Part shown: one piece after another, positions 12,301 to 27,225 of the stretch
How positions within the stretch are numbered: position 1 is the first letter of the stretch
How the letters are laid out: each line of letters opens with the position of its first letter
DNA from: Rhina ancylostomus
Lineage: Eukaryota
Assembly: GCA_030265395.1 (NCBI GenBank)
Contig: JARFYF010000022.1
Span: 36,814,184-36,878,183, forward strand
Reading direction: 5' to 3'
DNA: 64,000 nucleotides
Position numbers and translations under genes: made by a program
The notes under the pieces: generated by a model
Told to the model about the DNA's origin: nothing
What the model saw: the letters and a program-made list of their open reading frames with translations, nothing else
Database searches by the model: none

Positions 12301-13199
12301 TATTGATGCAAACTTTTCTCTCCCTATTTTAAAGCTAAAATAATTTCACTTTCCTTCTGTGGAATCATGACCTTTGAGACATTTGCTTTTATGTTTATTG
12401 AGGTACACTGAATTTGTATGCTTTACATCTCCTGTTTAAATAGATACAATTACTACATTTCCATTTGCTAAATTTTCTTTACATTTCGCCTGGGAAAGTT
12501 TCTCTTCTCCTGTTTTAACTTAAACATTTCCATTCAATCACTCACATTTTGACTTTCCTATTACCATTCTTAATTTTTGTACAGGGCTTAATTATACTTT
12601 GGCTGCTGCTTTTCAAATATTCTCTATACCTTTAGGACACTATTATTCACTACTTTACAATGATTCTGATCTAGAGAATCCATGATTAAGGAAGTGAAAA
12701 ATGTCACCCAATTGTTCTCTAATACTTTCTTAGACTTTGGGGCATATTGTCGGACCAGTGTAAAGGAAATTACTCTGCATCTGATTGTTCTGTGTCTGAA
12801 GTGGAGACGTTTGGCAGTGATAACATGCCTAAGGTGGTTCCACTTTCCTTNNNNNNNNNNNNNNNNNNNNNNNNNNNNNNNNNNNNNTTTCAAAATGTAA
12901 AATATAAGTGTATTAAAATAGTTGCATTTTGCATCCAAACTGGACACAAAATATGTATTGCTGTATTTTTTGGCATTTTTAATTAAAATTCTTGAACATT
13001 GGAATACAACAAGATTTTATGTATCATTGTCTCAGACTGTAACCCTATTGTAAGTTGAAGGATACCTGTATTTATTTGTGGGGTAAGGTGCCAGGATCAG
13101 TGGATGGGGTTGCTGGCTTGTCGCTTACAAGCCCATGGTTTTCATTTACACAAGCAGAAGAATTGTGTCCTGGTGATTACAGAAGCCAAAATCCCAGGA

Positions 13200-13570
13200 T
13201 AGTTTCATAGGATCATAGAAAAATAGAATGTTATGGTACAAGAGGAGGATATTTGGCCCATCAGATCTATTACAGTTCTTTGTCATCTGTAACTTAGTCA
13301 GTAGCATTTTCCCGCTGTTTTCAATACCATTGCAAATTATTTCTCCTCATGTGCCAATTTATTTTATTTTAGAAAGCACTAATTGATTTTTCCCACATTC
13401 TAGCAGGCAGTGAGTTTCAGATCATAATCCCTCCCTGCATTAAAAGTTATTTTCACACCACCACCCATATCTTTTAGCCATTACTTAAATTTGTATTGCT
13501 TGAGCCATCTGTTAATGGAGACAACTTCTCTCCATTATCCTATGTAAATCTGTCAAAATCTTCTTTCTTA
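13200..13570 (-). mobile_element. CR1 LINE 3' fragment
   Basis: Degenerate CR1 3'-end text (ggtacaagaggaggatatttggcccatc). Confidence 0.5.
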
Positions 13571-15039
13571 AAGAGAGAAAAGAACCCAAGGAAAAACATG
13601 TAATGGCACAAATTTAACATTATGTCAAACATACTTATATATTGCTTTTTCAACAAGATTATGCCTGTGAATTATGTTAGGGCATTGACTATCAGCTGTC
13701 TGATTCCATTTTGTTGCTTCAGCATGTTAAAATCAAATCTATTGTTTGCCAATGAGATTGCAGAGTGGTTGGGTGTTGTTTAAATATTTGTAGAGATCCA
13801 CAGTAGTTCTGCAATAGAAGTAACTTTGAATTATTTATGTAATGCAAATTGATTGCTTCATAGAGCTCGCACCCACCCCTCCCCCCTCCACCCCATGTTC
13901 AAGCCTGCCAATGGGGAAGTTCGTGTGTGAGCCGAGTGTGTACAGAGGGATTACAGCACACTATCCAGGGTGTATTCAGCATTAGTTTCATTTCAATGAG
14001 CTCTCTTTTATTAATTTTCTATTTCTAATTGGAAATGACACTTGCTAAATAAGTCACCCCAGAGTCAGCATCAAGTACACTGTTTCAGGTGGATAGGAGA
14101 TTTTTTAGTTCCTTTCCCTTGGCAATTTTTGATCTATGTTTGAAGCAGTCCATCCCCTCCCCTTGGAACAGCTGTCCCAGATACAGTAAAGCACTCTATG
14201 TTAACTGGAAAAGACAAAGCAGAAAAATATTAAGCATAGCTCATCCTATCTACCACCTGCACGCAGTTCCATGTAAATGGGGATTTAAGACTTCCTCTAA
14301 ACTATTGCCATCAAACACTCCCATTAGGAATGAAAGGATATGCTGGAACAGCAAAATCCCACCACAAGGTACATCAAACTGAGCCTCAAAGTTCAGAAAA
14401 TAATTACTTCTTGTAACCCCCAGTTCCTGCCATCACTGAACATCCATTCTGGGCTGGTTGTGAACCTACTGTCCAAAGTGAAAGACTGACAGCTTGTCCT
14501 ACTGAAGCACTTAATCCATTCCCTGAGGATACCCATTATNNNNNNNNNNTCCCCAACAAAATCAAAGAAGCCACGAACTTATGTTATTGCCACTTTAACA
14601 GCTGCTGTAAGCACTCTTGCTTGACCTTAGTTCAACTTTGGTGAAGAGATTGGAACTAGACAATTATTTTTCAGTTTTGGGACCCATGTTTAAATCTAAT
14701 TTAGGTTTAAGGGATGGCAGTTTCAATCATCTGTGGGCCGTGAAAGTCCTTTGTGGAATGAACCCAGTTCTCTTAACTGAACAATAATTGGCTATCTCAC
14801 TTAGCACCATCACGCAAAGTCTGATGTGTCAAACAGAAAAGTATTCAGGAAATAGAACATGGGAATGAAAATGATATGGGTGTTGTAGTACATCACTTTC
14901 TAAATGTTAACAGCCAAAGCCATGCACGTCTATCCAAAGCAACATTCATAAAACAATTCATACAAAATAGACCAGTTTTTTTTATTTTTGCAAAACTTTG
15001 GCAAGGTTCTTTAGAGTAAACCAATATCAATCCATATGC

Positions 15040-17835
15040 CATAAAACTAACAGGTTGTAATACAAACCTATCTGGTTCACCAATGTCCTGCCATCCTTAT
15101 CCAGTCACATGAGACTCCAGACCCACAACAGTGTACTTGTCTCCTGACTGCCCTCTGAAAAAGCCCAGCAAGTCAGTCAGATGTATCAAATTGCTCCATT
15201 TAAATACTGTTAAGAATTTAACTGCAGAGACCGCTCAGCATTAATGTTAGCACTAGAATCAGGTGTGGAAAAGATACTCCCAACCTAGTTGACTTTGAAA
15301 AGGCCTCTCCATGAACATCATGGATTAATATCTAAATTTGGTGAGGTGATGACCAGACTAGCTGACCAACAGCCTGACATAGTTGTGCTCACCAAACCAT
15401 ACTATTCAGCCAATATTTCAGACCTCTCCACCACTATCCCTGTCCCAATAGCAGGGCAGACCCACAGTTGGTGATGGGACAGTGATAGACACTCAGAGTA
15501 AAAGTGGCGCTGGGAGTCACTGCCTTGACTCTAGAGCCTATGAAGTCAGAGGCATCAAGGCAGACAAAGCAAGCAAACATCCTGCTGATTACCACCAAAT
15601 GTTCAGATGATAGAATCAACACTCACCCATGTTGAACAACATGGAAGAAGCATTAATGTTAGCAAGGGGAATGAGAAGGTTTTAGGAGAAACAATTCAAC
15701 AACCACTATCAACAGGAGCTTGGTAGTCCCACCACTGACTGAGATGGCAGACGGCTGAAGGACAGACTGACACTGCAACAGGTAATAATAAAACATAACC
15801 TTATCCTCACCAGTCTTCCTGCTGAATTGCATCTGTTCATGTTCACACCAAAGACATTGTGTTGTGTGGTGCTGCCACAGTGCTGGCTGGGATTGATTCA
15901 GAATACATCCAGCAGTTGAAAACTGGCAATCATGAGGCATGATGGACCATCATCAGCAGTAGGATGTAATTCAATACAATTGGTAACTTATGGTGTGGCA
16001 TATCATTCACTGTACCATTACCAATAAGTTGGGGGAATGAACCTTGGATCATACATAAAGATTTGCCAGAATTATAAAATAAGATAAGGTAGAATTTCTG
16101 TATTAGTCACACGCCCATCGAAACACACAGTGAAATGCATCTTTGCATAGAATGTTCTGGGGGAAAAATTAGGTATGGCGCAGGACTATATATTCAATAA
16201 GCAGAAGAACTAGGATTCAACAGACAGAGCTGTGCAACCTCACAGTCAAACAGGTCAAATCAAAGGCACATCCAGTCAGGCAGATGATTAAATAGTTAAT
16301 GGAAGAACAGGCTCCAAGAACATCCCCTTCCTTAAAGATGGTAAAGATTAGTATTTGGCTGAGGTATCTGCAATCACCTTCAGCCAGAACTGTTAAGGAT
16401 AGAGTCCATCTTGGCCTCCTCCTGGGGTCTCCATCACAGAAACCAGTCTTAAGCCAATTTGATTCACTCTACATGATATCAATAAGTGGTTGACATAAAT
16501 AGACATAGCAAAAATGATGGAACCAGGCAGTACCAGTGCATAGTGCTTGAGGTTTATGCTCCAGAGGTTACATCTCCAGCTAGGTTGTCCCAATACACTT
16601 ACAATACTGGCATCTACCTGATAATGTGGAAACTTGCCCAGGTATGGTCTGCCCGTAAAAAAACAGGACAAATCCAATCCAGATATTCACTCTGAGCAGC
16701 AAACTGATCAGAAAGCATGGACAAAATAANNNNNNNNNNAAATGCATTTCAGAGGCAAGATGAGAGATACTGCCCTGGACATCAAGGCAGCCTTTAATGA
16801 GTGTGACATCAAGGATCCCTAACAAAACTGAAGTCATTAGAGGAAAATATCTGTTGGTTAGAGTCATACCTAGAACAAAAGAAGATGATGCTATTGTTGA
16901 GGGTTAATCTTAATCCAAGAAATCATTGTAAGAGTTCCTCAGGACATGGTATTATGTCCAACCATTCATGACTACTTCATCATAGACCTTCCCTCCATGG
17001 CAGAATTGATAACGTTTGTTGATAATTGTCCATTTCTATTCACAATACTTCAGATAATGAAGCAGCTCGTGAATGCAAGTAGCAAGTAACAGACAAGCAC
17101 AGGGTGGTAAATGCCTAGTGACACTTCGGCCATGTAAGTTGCAAACAATGACCATCTCCAACAAGGGAGAGTAACTCAGTGCATTATCATTGCCAAGTTC
17201 CCTGCAATCAATATCCTGGGAACCGCTATTGATCAAAAATTAAAAAAGACTAGTCACATAGATACTATGGCTACAACAGCAGTTCAAAAGTTCAGCACTG
17301 CACCTACCTCCAGACATCCCAATGCCCGTCAATCAACAACAATGCACAAATCAGAAGTGTCATGGAAAACTCTCCACCTGTCGAGTTGAGTGCAGCTCCA
17401 ACAACACTCAAGAAGGCTGACACCATCAAGAACAAAGCAATGGCCATGACTGACACTCAATCCATCACTTATGCACTCCATCCACTATTGGCTCACTTTG
17501 GCTGCAAAACCCTCCCAAAACTGCAAAATACACCAAAGAAACTTAGAAAAGCTTATTTGACAGCTCCTTCGAAAACTGCAGCCTCCACTACCTGGATGAA
17601 TGTGGGCAGCTGGCACATGGGAATGCCACTACTTGTAAGTTTCCCTTTCAATCTCACGCTATCTTGACTTGGAAACATACCGCTACTTTCTTCTTCAGTT
17701 TAAGTCTATGAATTAATTATCAAATAACACTATGGGAGGGACTCTACCAACTTGACCTCAGGAGTTCAAGGTGGCAGGTCACCCCCACCTCTTTGGGGGT
17801 AAGTAGAATTGGCAATAAGTGTTGGCCTTGCATCT
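15040..17835 (+). mobile_element. Long degraded CR1-clade LINE (second family) with endonuclease and RT remnants
   Basis: QQPDIVVLT (APE-like) at ~15370; ctggacatcaaggcagcctttaa (LDI.KAF) at ~16775; MENSPP..LSAAPTTLKKADTIKNKA C-terminal motif. Related pieces at 24300-24650 (-), 34860-34950 and 35640-36215. Confidence 0.65.
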
Positions 17836-20800
17836 ATTGGTTGAGAAGACAGTCTCAGTTAAAGTACTGGCTCAGATTCAGTGGGAAAATTCCAGTAGCT
17901 CCCTGGGTTTCTCCACATCAGCTTTGGTTTTTGTTTGAAAATGGAAGGCCTGAAGTTTCCACCAGCTGTTCGAAGTTTTTTTCCACAAATGTGCTTTGAT
18001 ACTTGATTCTTCCAGTGGAAGCATAAAGTCATGGCAATTCTCTATTAGAAAAGGAGGAGGACCTGTTCAATCGATCTATAACAGGTTTAATTTTGTGCTG
18101 GGACAACTTCTATATTGAATCTGTTGCAAGAGTTAAAAGGTAACAAGTAGTATTTTAGATTTTATGAAAATTGTTCATTTAAGTGTCTTTTTTAGTATTT
18201 TTATGAGTTTCAGTTTTTATTTTAAAATATCAATAACTTAAAGAAGTGTATATTACACTTATATTACAAACCATTCAAAATTTCTGACAGATTTGGTAGG
18301 TGGGTTGATCAGGAGACCTGATTTAGCTAGCTGTCAACACTTTTCTGAGGGTGCTTGTTCTGAATCCACCCACCTGGTTGCCTAATGTAATAGGCCATGT
18401 TAACAGGAAGGGTCTCTACAATTGATGGAGCATCTCCACTGAAACTCCCACTGAAAGGAACAAGCATGGGTTAGCAGAGAGTGTGGTCAACTCCTCGTTT
18501 ACTGCAAAGTCTAGGCTCCTATGTCAAGGTTTTCTCCCTTTTCATGGAAAATATTGATAGATAGAAACTCAACCCATCTGTCCATTTTAGGTTGTGCAAG
18601 TAATCATTTCTGGATTGATAATGACCAAAAGGAAATTAAAATGGACAGTTCCTGGTGAATTTCAGCTTTCCATAGGTGATGTTTGCCTAATGTGAGTTTT
18701 GCCGCTAATGATGGCAGAGGCCGCTCAGCACATGTTTTCTCCACTGCCGGCAGAAATCAGAGTTTTGTTAACTCATGAAGAAAGTTGGAGCACATCGCCT
18801 AGGGTTTCAAAATGAGGTGGCAATTAAAGGGTCCCTTTGAAATCATATAGCATTCTCAAGCCTCACTTTTCAATGACCAGTTTATGTAGATAATTCATTG
18901 GCACTCCCTTTCCTAACTGTAACCTTTTTTGATAAAAATATATTGTAAACTTCATGCAGCGACCATTGGTGTCTTGGCAAGCTTACACTTCACAGTGGGA
19001 TGGGACAACACATAACATGTAACTCATTCTCAAGACAGTCCCAGGCCCACTGGGAAGCACCATGCTCCCTTCCTCCCATACTTTTCCCCTCACCTCCATG
19101 GCAGCCTTTTCTATCACTGTGCTATGCTTACCATGGGGAAAGTCTTTTTAAGTGCTGACTCATTCCTAATGAGGCAGCAACTGTGAGCTCCACATGGAGA
19201 TCCTGACAGGAAACACATGCACCGGAATCTCCGCGTGCTAAATACCTTAGCTCTACTTGTAAATTTTTCTTTGGTTTAATTTTGCAAAATTTTTAGGGAG
19301 ATCAAAATTGTCACCAGGACTATCTATAACATATTTTAACAGAAGTAATAGGAGGGATTCTCTACTTTCAAGGCTTTGGAAAAGAGAGAGAGAGAGAGAT
19401 GGGCTTCAGAGTGGCTTTCAACATCTCAGCTCCCCATATAGGCTTAAAGAACTGCTCAGAGAGTGGAATCAGAAATAATTTGATTAAGTAATGTGGGCAC
19501 TAGAGTATGTTGATGTGGAATAAATATTTTAATTAGATATTTTAAGCTGGACCAGAAAAGTATGCAACAATAGCAGTAGGTCAGATGGTAATGATTCTTT
19601 CCTAGAGAATAGTGAACTATTGAGACAGATTGATGGTTTGGGTAGTGATGACTGACTTCCTGTATTCTTTTGAGTGCCACCAGAATCTGCTTCCCTTTGG
19701 GGCACAGACTACCACATACAAATGACTGAAATGCTATTGTGGTCTTCAAAATTAGGATTAGCTTTGATTGTTTAAAGGATTGTTATGAAATTTCCTCTCT
19801 GAATTGGCTTGCTTTTTCTAATCCAGGAGACTGCATGGCTGCAGGTTAGTATGATTTGTGTGTACTTTGTTTTATGAGATAGGCTGAAATGAACTGTTGG
19901 TCTTTTATTGTCCAGCATGGTCATATATTCATAGATATGATAATAGTGAAGGAGGAGAGTGAGAATTTGTTGTTTGACAATCCAGTGAAGGATTCATCTG
20001 TATCTATGTATTCTATTCCTTTCCTGGGAGCATTGATAATTACTGGATATTTGAAATGGAGTTACTGCATTCTCAAATAGTAACAGGCCTTTGTCTGATC
20101 TCTAAAATCCACACAAAATCACAAGGAAAATAAATATTACCTTTTCCCAGTGCACTTTTCACTCAATTCCTATTGACAAAACTGTCCAGACTGCAGCAAG
20201 AATTGACTGCTAAGCAGGAACACATTGTGCATTAATGCAGTTAGGAGTCATCCTTCTACTTATGTTAGTTTCCACCTTAAGGATTGCCCATGCTAAATCT
20301 GATTCAAATGTTCTAGACGCTTCTAGGATGACAACACCTAATTACNNNNNAGTATTAAATCTTTTTGAAAATCACTGGGATTTCAAACAAAAACCAACAC
20401 GTTTGACATTTGTTCAACAAGAAATCATACAATTGCTGCTACCCACTTTAACTAAATATTATCACCACCCTTTCAAAGCTGCTCTGTATCTCTGTGATAC
20501 AATTGGGACAGAATATTAGGTCAGGTTTCATAGGCTATTCTTGTATTCCCTGAGTGTAGTAGATAAAGTGCAATCTAACTGAGGCGATTCATATGATTAG
20601 ATTACTTGATAGGAAGTAAAAACAAATGATTCCCTCTCGTGGAGCATTTTCTGAAAAGGGGCATTAATGGGTACTGCAGAAGGCTATTCAGGGTGATGAA
20701 TAAAAGCGCCTCTTCACAGTGCAAATTTCACCCATAAAGGCTAATGTCAATTGAGCCGAAGTTAATTAAATAGCGGAACAGGTGTACTCCTCTTCCTGTG

Positions 20801-23184
20801 ATGCTATGAAATGGGTAATGACCCAGCCCAACCTGAGTCATTCTGCTCGATGCCATTCACTAATACCTAACACACATCAATGGCAATAAATTGACTCCAT
20901 ACACTGACAATAATAACTTAGTACTTCACACAATGACAATAAATCACCTGTACCTCAAACAGTGACAGTAATATATTTATACCATATACACTCACAGTAA
21001 TCCATTTACACCTAACATAATGACTAATGCATCAACATCACCAACAGTTATAAGTTGATATCTCATTCACTGATTGTAATACATTAATATTTTATAAACA
21101 TAATAATAGAATGGCACTTTGTATCCTTAACAATAAGGGACAGATCATGATAATCTGAGACATTTCAANNNNNNNNNNNNNNNNNNNNNNNNNNNNNNNN
21201 NNNNNNNNNNNNNNNNNNNNNNNNNNNNNNNNNNNNNNNNNNNNNNNNNNNNNNNNNNNNNNNNNNNNGATAATCTGAGACATTTCAAAGAACTGAAATA
21301 GACTTAAATAATTTATGAAATAGATTAAAAAAGTAAAATCTAATACACTTCTTTTAAAACACATGTAATAGAAAAAATTAATTCACAGGATTTGTCATAA
21401 TTAAAATACAAATCACCTTTTCTATCTAGATCATTGATTTCATTCAAATGAACGGGATCATGTTACATATGCTGTCCTTGGTTGGTGTAAAACTAAGGGG
21501 GTCAGATACAGAGTGTATCTGACCTGTCAACTCAGCATTATTGAACTGTGCTCCCAGACTTAGTTCTGAATCCAGAGATCAGAATTGCTGCCATCTGACC
21601 TTCCATGTACTTGTAATTACTTGCTGCAAAGTGCAGATACAGAGGTCAGGAGTGAACTGACCTATGCAGTCAGTGCCGTCAGCTGGCAGTTCTCTCTGGA
21701 ACCTTTGGCTAAAGAGGACCTTGATCTGGACTGTCATATTGACACTGAAACAGTGACAATAGTAAAATGCCATGAAATAGTATCAATAATACAATGACAC
21801 CTCTTATGCTGCTATAATATGTTGACACTCCACAGGTTGGTAATGATATATTGCTATCTCTCAAACTGCTAGTAATAAATAACCCATCAGATAATGAGAC
21901 CTCAAATGCAGACAGAAGTATTTTGACATTAAATGCTTTCACAGAAATGTAATGACAGCTCATTTGCTGATAGTAATAAATCAGCATCAATGGTGATATA
22001 TTTGACCTTAGTACTGAATTTAATATATCATTTAATATATTTACAGTGATACAGTGAAATCTCTCACAAATGGACAGTTTTAATATTAGACTCTTACACA
22101 TTGACATAATATACACTTAAAGCTCACACACCAAGAGCAATATATTGATTCCTCTGAGACTGATGGTAATCTATTAACATCTTATGTACTGACATAGTCT
22201 GATATGTTATGCAATGGTAATAATAAATTGATATCTCAAACACTGGCAGTAGTATTGTGACAGGAGATAATCAGACAGGAAAATGTGGATGCCTCACAGA
22301 ATGTAAATAATATGTTGACACCTTGCAAACTTACAGCAAGATACCAGAAATACTGACAGTAAAATGTTGACCCAATGCCCATTCTCAATAATAATACGAC
22401 AATTTTAAAATGCTATCCCAGTTGAGAGCAGTATGCAAGCTGAGAGTAATATGCCAATACCTCATACGCTGATAGTGATATATTCATATAACTTACACAA
22501 CAACAATATGCACTGTATCCTGACACACCAAAACTAATATATTGATACTCCCAATACTGATGTTAATATATTAGTATGAGAGTAGTACATTATAATTCGA
22601 TGAACTCTTGGTAAAATAAGACATATCATAATCATGTGGTAAGAATACTGAAAGCTCATACAATAATGGTAACATGTAGACAGCTCACACAATTGACATT
22701 GAATAGATAGACGTTAATGTATTGACACCCTAAGTACAGTAATAAATGGAATCTTTACATAATGGGAATATTAAACTTGGACTGACCAATATGTTCGCCC
22801 CTCATATAATGACAGTTACAAGCTGACACGTCACTTATTGATTGCAATAAACTAACACCCCACACAACTAAAGTGACATCTCACAATAGAAGAGCAACAT
22901 GGGCCTGTAATATATTTATATAACTTACAAGCCTACACCTCACAGTGGCTTCAGACAATGTACACTGAGGCCTTGTCTATGGATTTATAGCATATTGACA
23001 TGTCCAACTTTGACAGTAATGAAGTGACACCTCAAACACTGATAGTAGTAAACTGGCATTAAATTTACTGATGGTAAAACACTGATGTTTCACACACGAA
23101 GAAAATCTGACCTATCACTTAATTGTATTAAGAAACTGGTGCCTCGTATATTGGCTGCAATATATTTGCAACTCATACAGTGAA

Positions 23185-23785
23185 AGTACTGTGACACTTC
23201 ACTCTGCACTGTTATTGTTTTTACCTGTACTATATCAATGGACTCAATATAACCGCACTGTGCAATGAATTGACCTGTACGATTGGTATGCAAGACAAAT
23301 TTTTCACTGTACCTCGGTACAAGTGACAATTANNNNNNNNNNNNNNNNNNNNNNNNNNNNNNNNNNNNNNNNNNNNNNNNNNNNNNNNNNNNNNNNNNNN
23401 NNNNNNNNNNNNNNNNNNNNNNNNNNNNNNNNACCCCGGACATTCTCTCTTCTCCCCCCTCCCATCAGGCAGAAGATACAAAAGCCTGAAAGCACGTACC
23501 ACCAGGCTCGAGGACAGCTTCTATCCCGCTGTTATAAGGCTATTGAACAGTCCCCTAGTACGGTCTTGACCTCACAATCTACCTCGTTATGACCTTGCAC
23601 CTTATTGTCTGCCTGTGCTGCACTTTCTCTGTAGCTGTGACACTTTACTCTGCATCCTGTATTATTTTGCCCTGTACTACCTCAATGCACTGCATAATGA
23701 ATTGATCTGCATGAACAGTATGCAAGACAAATTTTTCACTGTACCTCGGTACAAGTGACAATTATAAACCAATACCGATACCAAA
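23185..23785 (+). mobile_element. Rex1/Babar-like LINE 3' ends (two tandem tails)
   Basis: GHSLFSPLPSGRRYKSLKARTTRLEDSFYPAVIRLLN motif at 23438-23550; tail tatgcaagacaaatttttcactgtacctcggtacaagtgacaatta occurs twice. Confidence 0.7.
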
Positions 23786-24299
23786 GAATACATACTGACA
23801 CAACCTAGTATATCACATAATGGCAAAGGTAAACTTACACATCAGCCATCGAAAACTCAAACACCAAAAGTAAAGACAGTAATATAGTGGCATCCAATAT
23901 ATGTATGACACCAAATATACGTTGCACAGAATGTATATATATTATAAACTACTAATACATATTCTCTCAGTATTATTTTGATATCCTTCAGTAATATATG
24001 GTAAATGAACACAACATTATTAATATAATCAGAGCTATACAGTTCATACACAGAGAGCAATGTGGATATCATAAACTGAGAGTAAGATACTTACTGTTCA
24101 ATGATTTGATGCCTCACAGACTGACCATGATATACTGAAACCTCACACAATGATAGAAATATATTCACAAATGAGGGTACTGCATTGAAATTTCACTCTT
24201 TGACCAGTATATATTGACACCTCTTATGCTAGATGCAAACTGTACATAATGCAACTCTTTTATTCATTGTCCGCTGTGTCACTCTTGTGTTATGGAGGA

Positions 24300-24650
24300 A
24301 TTCAGGGCAAGTTATTGTTGCATATTTTGTAGACACAATACAGCCACAGTGATTGGAGGGACTGAATGTTTATTGGTGTTCTAATCAAGTGGATTGCTTT
24401 GTCCTGGATGATATTGAATGTTGTTAGAGTGGCAGAGTATTCCATCACACTCCTGATTTGTGCCTTGTAGGTGATGGAAATGCTTTGGGGTGTAAGATGG
24501 TTAGGGTCTAGCAAGTGGAGAGTTTTCCCTTGATTGCTATTGACTCAAGAGCTGCCTTAGAATTAAGGGCAGTCTCTCTCACCTCACCTCTCGAGGTCAT
24601 CCTGTTTATACATGTGTTGGTGAAGGCTGTAATAAGATCAAGTATGAGAA
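24300..24650 (-). mobile_element. CR1-clade LINE fragment
   Basis: Minus-strand ORF YKAQIRSVMEYS...FNIIQDKA. Confidence 0.6.
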
Positions 24651-25319
24651 CTCCTTCATGATGGTAGGATATTGGCAGACCAACGATAATATGTTGATAC
24701 CCTATTCACTGATGGTAACATAATATCACCTCATGTAATTATAGTAATGTAGGCAGCTCACACACAGCATATTGACATCTCCTGCAGTGACAGCAAGTCA
24801 TATGTCTATATCTCATAGACAATAACATGTTATATTAAATAATTATATTCATAAAAATGCACAATGGCAGGATTGAACCATCATCTCATACATTGACAGC
24901 AATAATCTGATGTTCCAAACACTGACAGCAAGATGTTGACAACTGGGCAGTGACAGAAATATATTGATACTTTGGTATCTTGCACGCAGCACCCACAAAC
25001 ACTGCAAGTAATTGAAGCACATTACTCATTTATTGTAATACAACTCAAAGTGAGGGTAATATATGGACAATTCATTCACTTTAATATATTGAGGCTTCAC
25101 TCAAGAATTACATTTTAATGGCATTTTGAGACTGCCATCTCAAACATTGAAGTAATAAAATGCCTTTCCCAAGAACAGCAGGACACCCAGTGATCATCAC
25201 ATGCTGATAATGCAATCTCAAACATGATAGTTGCACATACACTGGTGGTAATAAACTGACCCCCACACAATGACAGTAGTAAGTGGACATCTCATTAGCT
25301 TATATTAATGTTGATGTGA

Positions 25320-27225
25320 TTAGAATGTTTTTAGATGTACCTAGAAAAATCAATGAGTGTATGTGCCTGAAGTGCTCTACATGGTTGTTGGCAAAGCTTT
25401 TGGCAAGGTCTAACTTCACATTTATATCTGTTCAAGTAAAGGCCCAATAGATGCAAGGCAAGTTGGACCCAAAACTGGCTCAGTAGCAAGAAGCAAAAGG
25501 TAATGGTTGACAGATGTTTTAGTGGGCTGGAGTATGGATTTGCCTAAATGGAGAGTGCATGATTAAGAAGTTCAGATGATGCAAAAATTTGCTCTGTGGC
25601 TGTTATTGAGGAATAAAGTTGCAGACCTGAGGAAGATATCAATGGGCTCGCCAGTTTCTCAGCAAAGTTACTAACAAAAATCAATCCAAAGAAATGTAAT
25701 TGGACAGGGCCAGCAAGGCAAATTTTCTGAGATTGTGACAGGTCAGCCAATGAACTGACCACAACCAGACAATTCGTGAGAGGATGCTGTGGTGCAGCCT
25801 TACACAGCAGAACACCAGCAATGGGACTTCTGTGCTGCTCTTTTGATCTCCTCATGAAATCCAGTGGGATAGTGTGTGCTACCAGACATTGCCAGCCCAC
25901 TAAACCCCCACCTGGTTAACTCGGGGCAAGTATAATCGACATACTGAAATCAATGAGAGGAATTGGCTGCCACGAGAAAGATTAGGAAAGATTTCTATTT
26001 TATTTAATTAACTTAGCTTGAATATTTTATTTGTTTTTAAGTATGTGTGTGTATGAACTCTTTTCATTTATATGTTTTTTAAATAATTTTAATATTTTTT
26101 AAACATTATTTTAAAATTCTGACAGTAAATTGAATGTTTTGTGAACTACAAATTCAATAACAGAACATTCAATTTAACCAGTGGCTTTGACAACCAGTGA
26201 GGCAGGATCTCTGCTGTCATCAAGTCTTGCACTGGGAGAGGCCCAACCCTGCTGTGCCAGCCGGAGCCTCACTGATGTGCTCAGAGCCAGGCCCATGACA
26301 AAAGACTTCACTCAGAACTACACTTGAAGAAACAGCATGGCCCAGGCCATGGCTCTACCTGAAGCACTCATTTCTGCATTAAAAGGTTATGGGTTCAAAT
26401 CTTTGAGGACAAAGAAACAGATGGACATTCCAGTGTAGCACGGAGACAGCTATTATGTCAGGTGTTGTTCATTGCATTAGATGGAAAACTCAGTCCCTGT
26501 TGCCCTCTCAGGTGGCTGTAAAAGATGAGAGCTGGGAAGTTATCTCCAATACCTTAACAAATATTAATTCTGCAATCAATATTAAAACAGATTACCTATA
26601 AGTTATCACATTGTTGTGTGTTACTGCACTTACTATACTCCAACAGAGACTAGAGTTCAGTTAATACTTTATTGCCTATAACATGTTTTGGGATGTCCTT
26701 ATTGTGATGTGAAAAATAGTAGATAAATATTGGTCTCTTTTTGGCTGAGACTTAGAAGGTAACAGGAGGGATATCATGCTAGAAATGTACAAAATATCGG
26801 TTAGACCAACCAGAGCTTTGCATACGGGCTGGTGAACATACTGCACAGATATACTGGATGGCACAGTGGAGGCTGAATGTAGATTTCATGAAGATTGTAA
26901 GGGGTCTAAATAGACTGAATAGAGAGGTCCCTTGACTGAGAAGTTAATAACCAGAGGCTGTATACTTAAGGTAATTGGTATCAGGATTAATGGAGAGTTG
27001 ATGAGATTTTTTTCATCCAGAAGGTAGCAGAGGTCTGGAACTCATTACTAAATGTTGGTTACAGCAAAAACTCTCATCAGGTCTAGAAGGTACCTGATGA
27101 GCTGTAATTCTAAAATTTACAAATCAGGAGCTGGGATTAAGATGGGTGGCTATCCTTTGGCCAGCAGAGACAAGGTGGACCAAATGACCTCCTCACATGC
27201 TGTAGATTTATAATATTCTGATATA
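25320..27225 (+). mobile_element. CR1 LINE 3' region, split by ~1 kb of inserted sequence (25715-26735)
   Basis: RT remnants (caaagcttttggcaaggtc; cagatgatgcaaaaatttg), then tgtacaaaatatcggttagacc...ctggaactcattac and a CR1 tail. Confidence 0.55.
26350..26730 (+). mobile_element. DeuSINE-like element (SacSINE1/AmnSINE type)
   Basis: gggttcaaatc B-box, ccctctcaggtggctgtaaaagat, aaaacagatta...ttatcacattg, tttgggatgtcct match my recollection of the Deu-domain consensus. Further pieces near 34950-35450 and 40400-40510. Confidence 0.55.

Larger units (their letters stand above)
20850..25320 (+). repeat. Degenerate ~29-bp tandem minisatellite (approx. tgacagtaatatattgacacctcacacac), interrupted by LINE insertions
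   Basis: Recurrent tgacagtaat / atattgacacctca motifs; tgacag at 24894, 24923 and 24951 (spacing 29, 28). Confidence 0.7.

Noticed and set aside
21149-21288. Short direct repeats flanking gaps (also near 37919-37946 and 61826-61948)
   Set aside because: Identical sequence on both sides of an N run is typical of unmerged contig overlaps.
20850-25320. CRISPR-like reading of the 29-bp periodic region
   Set aside because: Units are contiguous and degenerate with no unique spacers, there are no cas genes, and the context is a vertebrate intron.
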